Shown piece after piece: positions 20,788 through 34,877 of a stretch of DNA of 64,000 bases (positions within the stretch are counted from its first letter, which is position 1; every line of letters starts with the position of its first letter). Source of the stretch: an uncultured delta proteobacterium (GTDB taxonomy: Bacteria > Myxococcota_A > Polyangia > Polyangiales > Polyangiaceae); assembly GCA_963841435.1 (NCBI GenBank), contig CAWJCS010000005.1, positions 1,120,001 through 1,184,000 on the forward strand. The letters are read 5' to 3'. A model generated the notes under the pieces. The model did not search any database and had not been told where the DNA came from. It saw only the letters and a list, made by a program, of their open reading frames with translations. The position numbers and the translations under genes are program-made.

Positions 20788-23103
20788 TCAGAGCTCGCCT
20801 TCGGGCTCGAAGGGCTCGGCTTCTCCGCCCTCGTCGGGCCCGGGAGCGCCGAGCCCCGGTCCTGGTTGGCGAAACGCGACCTGCTCTTCGAGCCCGGCCT
20901 CGAGCTCCTCGTCCGTGATGCGCTCGATGCGCCGCGCAATGCCCATCAGCTTCTTCAGGTAACGCGACCAGCGCTCGCTGACGCGCCCGTCGGGCTCGAA
21001 GTGCTGCCGCGTCGGGTCCGGCAGGATCGACGCGAGGTAGAGCGACTGACCCAGCGTGAGGTCGCGCGCATCCGTGGCGAAGTAGTGGTCGGCCGCCGCC
21101 CCAATGCCGTACACGCCCGGACCGAGCTCCACCACGTTCAGATAGAGCGCCATGAGCTCTTCCTTCGTGAGTTGCTGCTCGAGCAGCATCGTGAAAAATG
21201 CCTCCTGGATCTTGCGCGCGAGCGTCTTCTCCGGCCCAAGATAGAGGTTCTTCGCGAGTTGCATGCTGATGGTGCTCGCGCCACGCACGAAGCGCCCGGC
21301 ACGCACGTCCTCCTTGATGGCTTTCTCGATGGCGCGGTAGTCGAACCCGCCGTGGCGGAAGAAGCCGCCGTCTTCGCACACGAGCACCGCCGTTTCCATG
21401 GACTTCGGGATGTCGTGGTAGGGGACCCAACCGGGCGTGGCGGGGCCGCTTTCGATCGTGACCGGTGAGCCGTCCGGGCCCTTCACGTCGCGCGACCAGA
21501 CGTGGCGGAAGCGATCCGGCGATAGCCCCGCTGGGATCTTCACGATGCGACAGTCGTTCTTCACGTCGAGGCGAACCTTCATCGCCTCGAGGTCCGTGGT
21601 GTCGACGTCAACGTCGTAGTGCAGTGAGAAGGTGCCTTCGAGCGCCATCCCGCCGAGCTCTGCGGTGAGGGCGGCGGGCAGCGCGCTCAGCATCGTCTCG
21701 CACGACGCGAGCGGCACGCCGCCTTTCGAACGCAAATGCAGCCGACCTGGGCCACGCGAAAGCTCGAGCGACGCGCCGAGCGTCAGCTCACCGAGCGAAA
21801 CCTCCGCGTCTTCTAGCGAGAGCTCGCTACCGTCGACGCTGACCTCGCCTGCGCCGCGAAAGCCGAGCCTCACGCCCCGGATCTCGCCGGGAGCGAGCGC
21901 CGGACGCAGCACGGAGAGATTCGCGAGCCGCCCGGAGCCTCGCGCGGAAATCTTCCCGACCTGTTCCGACAGCGTCAGCACGGCGTGCGCCTCGAGCGTC
22001 GCCGCGTGGGTGCGCATCAGCCCGAGCTCTCCGTCCTGCACGCCGAGCAACGACAAGGGGACGGGGCCGCCCTCGACCTCGAGCGTCGGGTCACCCGACG
22101 GTAGTGGGAGTCGCCCCCTGAGCGACAACGCCGTCCCGTGGTTGGCTCCTCCCATGCGGGGCGCGAGCACCACCGTCACCTGGGCAGCCTGACGGACGAC
22201 CTCCACGGTGCTCGGCCCGAAGCTCACGCGCTCTCCCCCCACACCGAGCTCCAGACGAACCTGTTCGACCTTGGCGCTCGCGCCTTCCGGCAAGGCTTGC
22301 GTCGCCGCCGTACGCAGCCAAGTGGCCACGTTCGCGGGGCTCGCCCCGACCGCCGGCGCCGCGGGCGCGGCCGCGCTGCCCGAAGCAACCGACGGCACCG
22401 CCTGGGAAGCGCCACCCGGCGCGCGGGGCGGGGCCATGGTCCGCGCTCCGGTCCCGAGGAGCTCCTCGGCATTCGCCCAGGCATCCACGCTCTGGGCGCT
22501 CGCGCCGCGCAGGCCGCCCGGCTCCCGCTCGGACCACTCCGCGCGGACGCCGCGAGCGCGAGCCCCAAGCCCGGGCCGCGACACGACCGCAAGGTCTGCC
22601 CCCACGGCGCTCGTGCCGCCGCCGCGCCGGAACGCGATCCCCCAGACGTGCGCCGCGCCCCCCGCCGGCAGCTCCGTCCACGTGAGCTCGACGCCATCGC
22701 CGACGAGCGCGCGGCCGCTCCCCCGCGCCCCGCTGCCCCCGGCGGGGCGCGCCACCGCGGCGCGCACGGCTTCGACGCTGCCCTGAAGCCGCACCCTGCC
22801 GCCGTGCACCTCGACGGGCCCGTCACCCAGGGGCACCAGCACGGCATCGAGCGACCCCTGAACGGCCCGAGCGCGCATGCTCCGCACCCGGAGCCCGAGC
22901 AGCCAGAGCCCACCGCGCCCCAACCGCACGCGCGCCACCTCGACGCTCAATCCCCGCGCCGCCGCGCGCTTCTCCAACTGGTAGCGCGCCACGGGACCGA
23001 CGACACCCACGCCGAGCCCCACCACGAACACGATGAGCAACGCGACGAAGCCGCGCTGGCGCGCCTTCCCAAGGTCCTTCCAGAGCTCTCCGAGGCGCGC
23101 CAC
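20788..23103 (-). CDS. Monofunctional peptidoglycan glycosyltransferase (GT51, MtgA-like) with a long N-terminal extension
   Basis: EDGGFFRHGG, GASTISMQLAKNL, RKIQE, KEELMALYLN; N-terminal TM; no transpeptidase domain. Confidence 0.9.
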   Translation of the reverse strand: MARLGELWKDLGKARQRGFVALLIVFVVGLGVGVVGPVARYQLEKRAAARGLSVEVARVRLGRGGLWLLGLRVRSMRARAVQGSLDAVLVPLGDGPVEVHGGRVRLQGSVEAVRAAVARPAGGSGARGSGRALVGDGVELTWTELPAGGAAHVWGIAFRRGGGTSAVGADLAVVSRPGLGARARGVRAEWSEREPGGLRGASAQSVDAWANAEELLGTGARTMAPPRAPGGASQAVPSVASGSAAAPAAPAVGASPANVATWLRTAATQALPEGASAKVEQVRLELGVGGERVSFGPSTVEVVRQAAQVTVVLAPRMGGANHGTALSLRGRLPLPSGDPTLEVEGGPVPLSLLGVQDGELGLMRTHAATLEAHAVLTLSEQVGKISARGSGRLANLSVLRPALAPGEIRGVRLGFRGAGEVSVDGSELSLEDAEVSLGELTLGASLELSRGPGRLHLRSKGGVPLASCETMLSALPAALTAELGGMALEGTFSLHYDVDVDTTDLEAMKVRLDVKNDCRIVKIPAGLSPDRFRHVWSRDVKGPDGSPVTIESGPATPGWVPYHDIPKSMETAVLVCEDGGFFRHGGFDYRAIEKAIKEDVRAGRFVRGASTISMQLAKNLYLGPEKTLARKIQEAFFTMLLEQQLTKEELMALYLNVVELGPGVYGIGAAADHYFATDARDLTLGQSLYLASILPDPTRQHFEPDGRVSERWSRYLKKLMGIARRIERITDEELEAGLEEQVAFRQPGPGLGAPGPDEGGEAEPFEPEGEL

Positions 23104-23195
23104 GCTGGCACATGGCGTAGCGCCGTCGCGCCACCGACGCGAACGTTGCCGCGCGCGGCCCAGCCGGGGCCCCGGCGTCTGCGCACCGCGGGCAC

Positions 23196-23231
23196 AAAAA
23201 AACGGCCTCGACGGGGTGCGTCGAGGCCGTT
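23196..23231 (-). terminator. Rho-independent terminator of the rRNA operon
   Basis: Perfect 13-bp stem AACGGCCTCGACG/CGTCGAGGCCGTT followed by a T run on the minus strand, just after 5S. Confidence 0.9.
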
Positions 23232-23240
23232 GGTGAATTA

Positions 23241-23358
23241 ACCCGGCAGCGTCCTACTCTCCCACACAGTTGCCCGTGCAGTACCATCGGCTCCGAGAAG
23301 CTTGACTTCCGAGTTCGGGATGGGATCGGGTATGGCCTTCTCGATATAGCCACCGGAA
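23241..23358 (-). rRNA. rrf: 5S rRNA
   Basis: CCCGATCCCATCCCGAACTCGGAAGTCAAGC...GATGGTACT...GGGAGAGTAGG on the minus strand. Confidence 0.97.
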
Positions 23359-23587
23359 ACGTTGGGCATCCAGCTCAGCAGATGAAGGTGCTGCGCTCGG
23401 TTCGTCCGTGCTCACTCGCGCGCTCCGCGTCGAATCTCGAGGATTCGAAAGGGAGAACGCGGGCGAACTCGTGGGTCACCGGCCGCGACGCTCGCGCCTA
23501 TCGTCTTGCGACGACAACGCTCGAACGCGCAGGGGCGACCACCGCCCGGACTCCGGGCACTAGCTACAATGTTTGCCTTAGAGAATT

Positions 23588-26592
<3,005 letters not shown>

Positions 26593-26892
26593 TAATCCCT
26601 AAGGCACGCATCGAGCTGGTACCCGGAGTCCGTATGACGAACTCTTTGATTACCAGCGCAGCGCCGAAACGAAGCCGCTTCGCGCGGTTCTTCTTCGCTT
26701 CGATTGGGAACGGTCGCAGCAGCAAGGGCCTGCTTACGAACCGTCCTCTACCTTCAATCTTGCTAGCTTTGGACGCTTACGTTTCTATTGTGCTTAGAAT
26801 GTCAGAGAACCTTCGAGGCACGTGGCCTCCGCGGCGCTGCGTCCGCGAGCCGAACCTTGCGGTCCGGAGAAGACTTTTTTGGGTATCGGCGG

Positions 26893-26965
26893 TGGAGCTG
26901 ATCGGGATCGAACCGACGACCTCAGGCTTGCAAAGCCCGCGCTCTCCCAGCTGAGCTACAGCCCC
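26893..26965 (-). tRNA. tRNA-Ala(UGC)
   Basis: GGGGCTGTAGCTCAGCTGGGAGAGC...TTTGCAA...GGTTCGATCCC...AGCTCCA; CCA not encoded. Confidence 0.97.
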
Positions 26966-26980
26966 GAGGGTGGCTCGAGG

Positions 26981-27054
<74 letters not shown>

Positions 27055-27110
27055 AGGAGGCGGGGCGAAGCCCCGCCGAGAACCTATCCCGGGCAGTCAT
27101 TCTGCCCGCT

Positions 27111-27142
27111 TCGGTCCTTCAAAACTGAGTCCCATCACCCGC
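27111..27142 (-). other. 3' arm of the pre-16S processing stem (pairs with ~28921-28953)
   Basis: TCGGTCCTTCAAAACTGAGTCCCATCACCCGC is a near reverse complement of GCGGGGTGATGGGGCTCAGTTTTCAAGGATCGA. Confidence 0.8.
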
Positions 27143-27233
27143 GCATCGAGTCGCTCCGGCTCTTAGCGATCTAGCCGGAGCTTCGCTACGTCGCGGGGCT
27201 TTGACCTAGGTGCCCATCCGAAACCGGATGGTG

Positions 27234-28797
<1,564 letters not shown>

Positions 28798-28920
28798 AGA
28801 TCCTTCGGCAAGCTCGACGGGGTTAGCCGCCGAACCGCCATGTGGCTCGCTATCTTCGAACTCGTTCGTCACGTCCGGGGAGAACGGACGAACGTTTTTT
28901 GTCTACCCGCGCGATTTCTC

Positions 28921-28953
28921 GCGGGGTGATGGGGCTCAGTTTTCAAGGATCGA
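28921..28953 (-). promoter_or_regulatory. rrn leader boxA-like element / 5' arm of the 16S processing stem
   Basis: Minus strand GATCCTTGAAAACTGAG; complementary to 27111-27142. Confidence 0.7.
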
Positions 28954-28986
28954 GGGGAGAACCGCTCCTCCCGAACAGGGGCGCGG

Positions 28987-29015
28987 AACCTAGTCCCCAA
29001 ACCAAAACCTGTCAA
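28987..29015 (-). promoter_or_regulatory. Sigma70 rRNA promoter
   Basis: TTGACA-17 nt-TAGGTT followed by the GC-rich discriminator CCGCGCC. Confidence 0.85.
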
Positions 29016-29076
29016 AGAGATTTCGAGAGGTTTTCTTGGCCGCCTGGCCGACTTACTCCGAACCGACTTATTCTAG

Positions 29077-29721
29077 TCACAAATCGCTCGCGAACCAGGC
29101 TCCGAGCGGCTCGCGAACCAGGGCAAACTCGAGACCATTCGCCATCCTCGCGCGGTAGGCGACCTCCCGCGCGGCGCGGCTGAAATTGGCGTGCCGGCCG
29201 AGGATGGTCACGGGCTGCCAACCCCCTTCGAGCCAGACCGCAATGGGGCGGTGCCGGTCGCCAGGGACCGTCTGTACGTCCACCCGGAGCCAGCGCTCGC
29301 CGTCGCCCAGCAGCTTCGTCGTTGGCAGACCCGCCTCATGCTCGATGGCGCGTGCCGCTTCGGCGACGACCCGGCGCGACACCTCGAAGCGGGAGCGGGG
29401 AAGCTCGAGCACGAGCGCGTAGCCCTCGGCGAGCGAGACGACGGCGAAGCTTCGCACGCCGGAGCGCACGAAGAGCTCCATGGCGTCCGCAAAGCCCGGC
29501 TTCGCGATGTCGTGAATCACGTCGAGGACGATGCGCCACTCGGCCGCCATGACCCGAATGGCGAAGGGGTCGCGATATCCCGCGTAGTCGACCGTCTCTC
29601 CCCCCTGGTCGACGAGCGCTGCGCCGGTGGCGCGCGTGCCCTCGCAGAGCCGCATGAGGATTCCGCTGAAGACGGACGGTTCCTGGTCACGCTGGGCGAG
29701 CGTTCGGCGGCCCGAGCTCAT
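29077..29721 (-). CDS. Roadblock/LC7-like domain protein with a small beta-rich C-terminal domain
   Basis: GAALVDQGGETVDYAG...VVSLAEGYALVL resembles roadblock/MglB-type domains; ATGA overlap with the upstream gene. Confidence 0.6.
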   Translation of the reverse strand: MSSGRRTLAQRDQEPSVFSGILMRLCEGTRATGAALVDQGGETVDYAGYRDPFAIRVMAAEWRIVLDVIHDIAKPGFADAMELFVRSGVRSFAVVSLAEGYALVLELPRSRFEVSRRVVAEAARAIEHEAGLPTTKLLGDGERWLRVDVQTVPGDRHRPIAVWLEGGWQPVTILGRHANFSRAAREVAYRARMANGLEFALVREPLGAWFASDL

Positions 29722-30662
29722 GGCGTCACGCGAACGAACGCGGTGAGCGTCTCCGCGTCACGCGTCGATTCAATGGTCGTGGTCGCGCGGAGCTGCTGCT
29801 TGAGCTCGGCGAGAGCGTGCGCCGCGCGACGGGTCCAGATGGCGTCCTCGAGGAGCACGCGGCGCTCTTCGAGGCTCGGCCGATATGCGGGCAATCGCTT
29901 TTCGAGCAGGATGACGTGGAAGCCGAACACGGTTTCGACGATCGGGCTCTGCTCGCCAGGCTCCCCGATGGCGTGAGCGGCGTGCGCGAAGGTGAGGTCG
30001 AACTGGCCAAGCGGCTCCGGGCGCCCTTCCGCACCTTCGGCCGGATTGAAGGTGCGGCCGTCGGGCGTAACGAACGGCAGCCGTTCGGCTACAACCTCGA
30101 GATCGGCGGTGGAGAATTGCTGCGCGCGGGCGACGAACGCCTTCTGATCGCGAATGCCCGCGAGGGCTTTCTGGAGCTCCGTGGCCACGGCGAGCGCCCG
30201 CGCCCGCATTTCGGGTTTCTCGACGCGCACGACGGCATGCGTGGTCTTCACGCTGACGGGACGATCGAGCTCGATCCAGCGCTCGCGCGTCAGGGACACG
30301 ACCTCCTGGTCGGTGGGCGGCAACTTTCGGGCGTCGGCCCGGAGCCGCTCGAGCACGGCGCGCGCGAGCACACCGCGCTCGGCAACCGTGACGGCGGGGC
30401 CCATGGAAGCGTCGGCACGAGCACTCGCGGCGAACAGTGCGTCACTGATGGCGCGCTCGCGCGCGGGGCGCGCCGCGAGTCCCTGAGCGGCCGCGATCCG
30501 CGCCACGGTGGCGACGGTGATCTCGTCGTCGCCGACGAGGGCCGCAACCCCGGCGGGCAGCTTTTCGTGCTCGTGCGACGGAACGGCTCTGCCGCCGCTG
30601 CAGGCGACGGTCGAAGCGAAAAGGGGGCATGCGGCGAGCAAGCGCAGCCGCGCGCCCGTCAT
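29718..30662 (-). CDS. Parvulin/PpiC-type peptidyl-prolyl isomerase lipoprotein
   Basis: Lipobox TVAC; HAVV...FAHAAH.I..PGEQSPIVETVFGFHVI. Confidence 0.8.
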   Translation of the reverse strand: MTGARLRLLAACPLFASTVACSGGRAVPSHEHEKLPAGVAALVGDDEITVATVARIAAAQGLAARPARERAISDALFAASARADASMGPAVTVAERGVLARAVLERLRADARKLPPTDQEVVSLTRERWIELDRPVSVKTTHAVVRVEKPEMRARALAVATELQKALAGIRDQKAFVARAQQFSTADLEVVAERLPFVTPDGRTFNPAEGAEGRPEPLGQFDLTFAHAAHAIGEPGEQSPIVETVFGFHVILLEKRLPAYRPSLEERRVLLEDAIWTRRAAHALAELKQQLRATTTIESTRDAETLTAFVRVTP

Positions 30663-30914
30663 CGGCCGGACCTCGGGCGCAGCATGTCGGTGGCGGCTTT
30701 GAGCGCGAGCCCGCCCACGAGCAAGAGGTAGAGGGCCTGGAGATCCTTCTGAGCGCCGAGCGCGCGAACCCCGAGCACGAACGAAAGGCACGCTCCGAGG
30801 AACAGCAGCACGTTGACGACGTTCGCCACGATGGCCGCACGCACGCGCTGGTCAGACACGAGCCGAGCTCCTAGCTTGCGCTCGAACGTCTGCGGACGGG
30901 GCGATTGCGCTCAT
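30659..30914 (-). CDS. Small 2-TM membrane protein (starts at GTG 30859, or at ATG 30914 if a 1-nt insertion at 30884-30890 is corrected)
   Basis: Two hydrophobic helices; ATGA overlaps at both ends once the GAACGTC site is corrected. Confidence 0.6.
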
Positions 30915-31621
30915 CGGAAGGCCGCCCACACCAAGCCGAGCCCGAAAAGCACGGCGAGCAAAGCGCCCGGCACGGACGCCGCGTCGAGCCGGGCTTTGGG
31001 CGAGCGGAGCTCGTGCCTCAGCCCCTGGGCAAGCGCGATGCGGCCGGCGACCGCGAGGAGCAGCAGCGCGCAAGCGGTCGCCGCCGCGTGCGAGAAGAGC
31101 GCGTGCTCGGTGCGCTCGACGCGGAACGAAAGCGCACCGAGCGCGAGGGCGACACCGACCGCGACGACGGCGACCAGGACCCCCGCTCGGGGGGTATGGG
31201 CGCGCGGTGCGAGCGGAGCCCCCCGCGCGAGGCGCGGCGCGGTGTCGAACGAGGGCGAGCGCCCGGCGCGACCCCAGCCGAACGCGAACAGGAGCCAGGC
31301 GAGCGCTCCGGCTGCGGCCCGCGCGTGATCGAGACGATCGGGAGCGAGCTCCGGACGCAGCAGCGTCCACGAGACCGCGCAGCTGACGACGAACGCATAG
31401 AGCGCGAACACTCGGCTCGAGGCGGCGCGCCCACCCAGCGAGAAAAAGACGAGCACCAGCATGGCGAGCGCCACGCCGGCGGCAACACGCGGCACGAGCC
31501 CGCCGCCGGCCTGGCGCGCCGGCTCCGCGACCGTGATCAGCCAGGCGAACAGGCCCGGCACGAGGACGAGGGAGCGCGCTCCCGACGACGGCGACTCACG
31601 GGAAGGGCTCGACTCAGTCAT
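30911..31621 (-). CDS. Multi-pass membrane hypothetical protein
   Basis: About 7 hydrophobic segments; overlaps the pepA stop. Confidence 0.7.
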   Translation of the reverse strand: MTESSPSRESPSSGARSLVLVPGLFAWLITVAEPARQAGGGLVPRVAAGVALAMLVLVFFSLGGRAASSRVFALYAFVVSCAVSWTLLRPELAPDRLDHARAAAGALAWLLFAFGWGRAGRSPSFDTAPRLARGAPLAPRAHTPRAGVLVAVVAVGVALALGALSFRVERTEHALFSHAAATACALLLLAVAGRIALAQGLRHELRSPKARLDAASVPGALLAVLFGLGLVWAAFR

Positions 31622-33104
31622 GGCCGCGCGGCGAGAACGACTCGACCAGGCGCAGGAAGGTGAGCACCGGATGGCCGGTGGCGCCCTTCGGGTAGAAGCC
31701 CTTCGCGCGATCCGCGTACACGGGACCTGCAACGTCGCAGTGAATCCACGGGCAATCGCCGACGAACTCCTTGAGGAAAAGCGCGGCGAGGATCGAACCA
31801 CCGTAGCGGTCGCCCGTGTGCTTGAGATCGGCAATATCACTCTTTAGCTGCTCGGCGAGCTCGGCGAGCAAGGGCATGCGCCAGAACGACTCGCCGGCGT
31901 CGCGAGCGGCAGCGTCGAGCGCCCCGGCAAGCTCGTCGTCGGTGGCGTAGAACGCAGAGCACGTCTTACCCAGCGCAACGAGCGCGGCACCGGTGAGGGT
32001 TGCGGCATCGACGATCAGGTCGGGCTCGAGACCGACGGCGTAGGACAGTGCGTCGGCGAGCACGAGTCGCCCTTCGGCGTCCGTGTTGATGACCTCGACG
32101 GTCTTGCCGGACAGCGAACGGAACACGTCGGCAGGGCGGTACGCGGAGCCGTCGGGCATGTTCTCGGCGGCGCCCACGATGCCATGCACCTCGACGCGCG
32201 GGCGCAGGCGCCCCACGGCGGCCATGAGCCCGAGCACGGCGGCGGCGCCTCCCATGTCCGTCTTCATGTCGCCCATGCCGGGCGCGGGCTTGATGCACAG
32301 GCCGCCCGAATCGAACGTCAGGCCCTTGCCCACGAACACCAGCCGCTTTTGGGCGCGCGGCGGCGAATACGTGAGGTGGATGAAACGCGGCTCGTTCTCG
32401 CTACCCTGGCCGACGGCGTAGTGAAGCAGCATGCCGGCCGCCAAAATGCCCTTCTTGTCGAGCACCTTCACCTTGAGGCGCGACTCGCGAGCGATGCCGC
32501 GAGCGATGCGGGCGAGCGCTTCCGGCGTGAGCACGTTCGGTGGCTCGTTGACGGCGTCGCGAGCAAGGCAGACCGCCGCGGCGACGGCGGAACCGACGGC
32601 GAGCGCGCGGCGAGCGCCCGCGGGTGCACGCTCGGGCAAAAAGACCAGCACCTTCTCGATGTCCGTCTTCGGGCGTCGGTCGCCGGTAAAGTACTTGACG
32701 AATCGGTATGCGCCGAGCGACAGCGCCTCGCCGACGACGCGCAGATCCGCGGCGCCGGGCAGCGCCAGCGCGACGCGCCGCACGCCCGGGCCGAACGCGG
32801 CGCGCACCGCCGTGGCGACGGACGCGCGCAGCCGCGCGGCGTCGAAGCCATCGCGCGAGCCGACACCGACCAGGAGGACGCGCTGTGCTTTCACCCGGCC
32901 GAAGGTGGGCACGTCGAGCACCTGGTCGGGCTTGCCCTCGAACTCGACGCGGCGCGCGTGCTGGAGCAAGCCGCCGCCGAGAGCGCTTTCCACGGTGCCG
33001 AGCCACGCGTTTTTGGGCAAAGGCTCGGCGTGAACGAGGACCAAGAGAACATCGACCACGGCGCGGACGGGGTCGCCCGAGCCCATCTGAATGGACGGCA
33101 GCAT
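31614..33104 (-). CDS. pepA: Leucyl aminopeptidase (M17)
   Basis: VGKGLTFDSGG, MKTDMGG, NTDAEGRL, ATLTGA. Confidence 0.96.
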   Translation of the reverse strand: MLPSIQMGSGDPVRAVVDVLLVLVHAEPLPKNAWLGTVESALGGGLLQHARRVEFEGKPDQVLDVPTFGRVKAQRVLLVGVGSRDGFDAARLRASVATAVRAAFGPGVRRVALALPGAADLRVVGEALSLGAYRFVKYFTGDRRPKTDIEKVLVFLPERAPAGARRALAVGSAVAAAVCLARDAVNEPPNVLTPEALARIARGIARESRLKVKVLDKKGILAAGMLLHYAVGQGSENEPRFIHLTYSPPRAQKRLVFVGKGLTFDSGGLCIKPAPGMGDMKTDMGGAAAVLGLMAAVGRLRPRVEVHGIVGAAENMPDGSAYRPADVFRSLSGKTVEVINTDAEGRLVLADALSYAVGLEPDLIVDAATLTGAALVALGKTCSAFYATDDELAGALDAAARDAGESFWRMPLLAELAEQLKSDIADLKHTGDRYGGSILAALFLKEFVGDCPWIHCDVAGPVYADRAKGFYPKGATGHPVLTFLRLVESFSPRGHD

Positions 33105-33200
33105 CGCTCTTGGGCGACGGTAGTTCGCGAGGTGGCCGACGGCAATCCGAGAAGGGAGCGGTCCCGTGCGCGCGACGGCAAACCCGCTATGATCGCCGCC

Positions 33201-34160
33201 ATGCGACGCGGTCCTTGGTGGCTCGCTTCGAGCGGGCTCCTGTCTTGGTCTGTCGTGAGTGCTCACGTTCGGGCCGACACACCGCCGACGGCTTCCTTCC
33301 CCCAGACGCCGGAGGCGGCTCCATCGACGGCGTCACCTCCGCCGCCCCCGACGCCACCACCGGCCGCGCCGGTACCGGTGTCACAGCCGGCTGCCGCGCC
33401 GAGCGCGCCAACTCCGAGCGCAGCGCCAGCACCCGCCGCGCCGGTGCCCGCGCCTCCGCCGAGCGCCCCGCCACCCACCGACAGCATAAAGCAGTCACCG
33501 CCACCGTACGTGCCCGCGCCGGTCGAGCCACCGCCGCCGCCGGAGCCTCCGGCGCGGACGATGCCGGGGTTCTCGGTGCGCGCCGACCCATTCAATTTGC
33601 TGCTCGAGGGCCTGCTCGACATCGAGCTCGAGGTGGCACCGCTGAAGTTCGTGAGCTTCGAGCTCGTGCCACGCTTCGTCGTCAACCAGTCGCCCCCGAC
33701 CTTCGGGTACGTGACGGGCCGGGACGAGCAGCTCGAGCGAGCCTCGAATGGCGCCGGCCCGCTCGCCGGCGGTTCGATGGACGTCGGCCTGTGGCTGGAG
33801 GGAAAAGCGTTGAAGGGCACGGTGCTGCGCGCCATCCTCACGGACTATTCCTACGAATACCGAGCGTCGGACGGTGCCGGGACCTTCGACAAGGTCAAGA
33901 TCGTGGAACGGCAGTTTCTCGGGTACCTCGGAGCGCACTCCCGCTGGGGCGCCTTCACGATTGCTGGCGGCTTCGGGCTCGGCGCTGTACTGAACCCGAC
34001 GAAGCGCTGCTTCGACGACCTCGGACGCCCCACTATGGACTGCAACAAGAACCAGGCGTTGATCTACCTCGACCGCCGGGGCCTGACCGTGACGGACCTG
34101 AACGGTGGGCTCGGCAGCTTCCGCTTGCTCGCCCGTTTTTCCGCAGGAGTCGCGTTCTGA
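33201..34160 (+). CDS. Secreted Pro-rich linker plus outer-membrane beta-barrel-like protein
   Basis: Signal peptide ending VRA, Pro/Ala tract, beta-strand pattern, terminal F. Confidence 0.7.
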   Translation: MRRGPWWLASSGLLSWSVVSAHVRADTPPTASFPQTPEAAPSTASPPPPPTPPPAAPVPVSQPAAAPSAPTPSAAPAPAAPVPAPPPSAPPPTDSIKQSPPPYVPAPVEPPPPPEPPARTMPGFSVRADPFNLLLEGLLDIELEVAPLKFVSFELVPRFVVNQSPPTFGYVTGRDEQLERASNGAGPLAGGSMDVGLWLEGKALKGTVLRAILTDYSYEYRASDGAGTFDKVKIVERQFLGYLGAHSRWGAFTIAGGFGLGAVLNPTKRCFDDLGRPTMDCNKNQALIYLDRRGLTVTDLNGGLGSFRLLARFSAGVAF

Positions 34161-34873
34161 TGAGCCAGCGAGCCGTCGTGGTGACGGGTGCGACCGGCGG
34201 GCTCGGTACGGCGCTCGTGCGCGAGCTCGTGACGGCCGGCCAAGCGGTGGTGGCGGTGGGGCGGGGCCTCACCCAGACGGACATGGACGCGATCCACGGA
34301 GCCGGACGCGTGCTGGCGGCAAGCTTCGACGTGACGGCGCGCACGGCATGGGAGCCGTGCCTCGCGGCCGCGGAGCGGGATGGCTTCATCGTCGCCGGCG
34401 CCGTGCTCGCGGCGGGCGGCTGGGCGGGCGGCGAGCGGCTCCACGAAGCCAAGGACGACTCGACCTGGAACGCCATGCTCGGCGCAAACCTGGAGACGGC
34501 ACGCGTGTCGCTCGCGGCGCTACTGCCGGGCATGGTGGCGCGACAGCGCGGGAGCGTCGTTGTGATCGGGTCGATGGCGTCCGTGCGGCCGTGGGAAAGC
34601 GCGCGGGCCGCGGCCTATGCGGCGGCCAAGGCCGCCGTCGTGGGGCTCGCCCAGGCGACGGCCGCGGAGGTCCTGCGCGACGGCGTTCGGGTGAACGTGG
34701 TGCTGCCGAGCACGATCGACACGCCGAAGAACCGCGCGAGCATGCCGAATGCGGATTTCTCGCGCTGGGTCACGCCAGCGTCACTCGGAGCGGTGATCGC
34801 GTTCTTGCTCTCGGACGCGTCGCGCGACGTTTCGGGCGCGGCGCTGCCCGTCTACGGCGGCGTCACCGTCTGA
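34160..34873 (+). CDS. SDR family oxidoreductase
   Basis: TGATGGLG, YAAAK, VRVNVVLPSTIDTP. Confidence 0.92.
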   Translation: MSQRAVVVTGATGGLGTALVRELVTAGQAVVAVGRGLTQTDMDAIHGAGRVLAASFDVTARTAWEPCLAAAERDGFIVAGAVLAAGGWAGGERLHEAKDDSTWNAMLGANLETARVSLAALLPGMVARQRGSVVVIGSMASVRPWESARAAAYAAAKAAVVGLAQATAAEVLRDGVRVNVVLPSTIDTPKNRASMPNADFSRWVTPASLGAVIAFLLSDASRDVSGAALPVYGGVTV

Positions 34874-34877
34874 TCGC

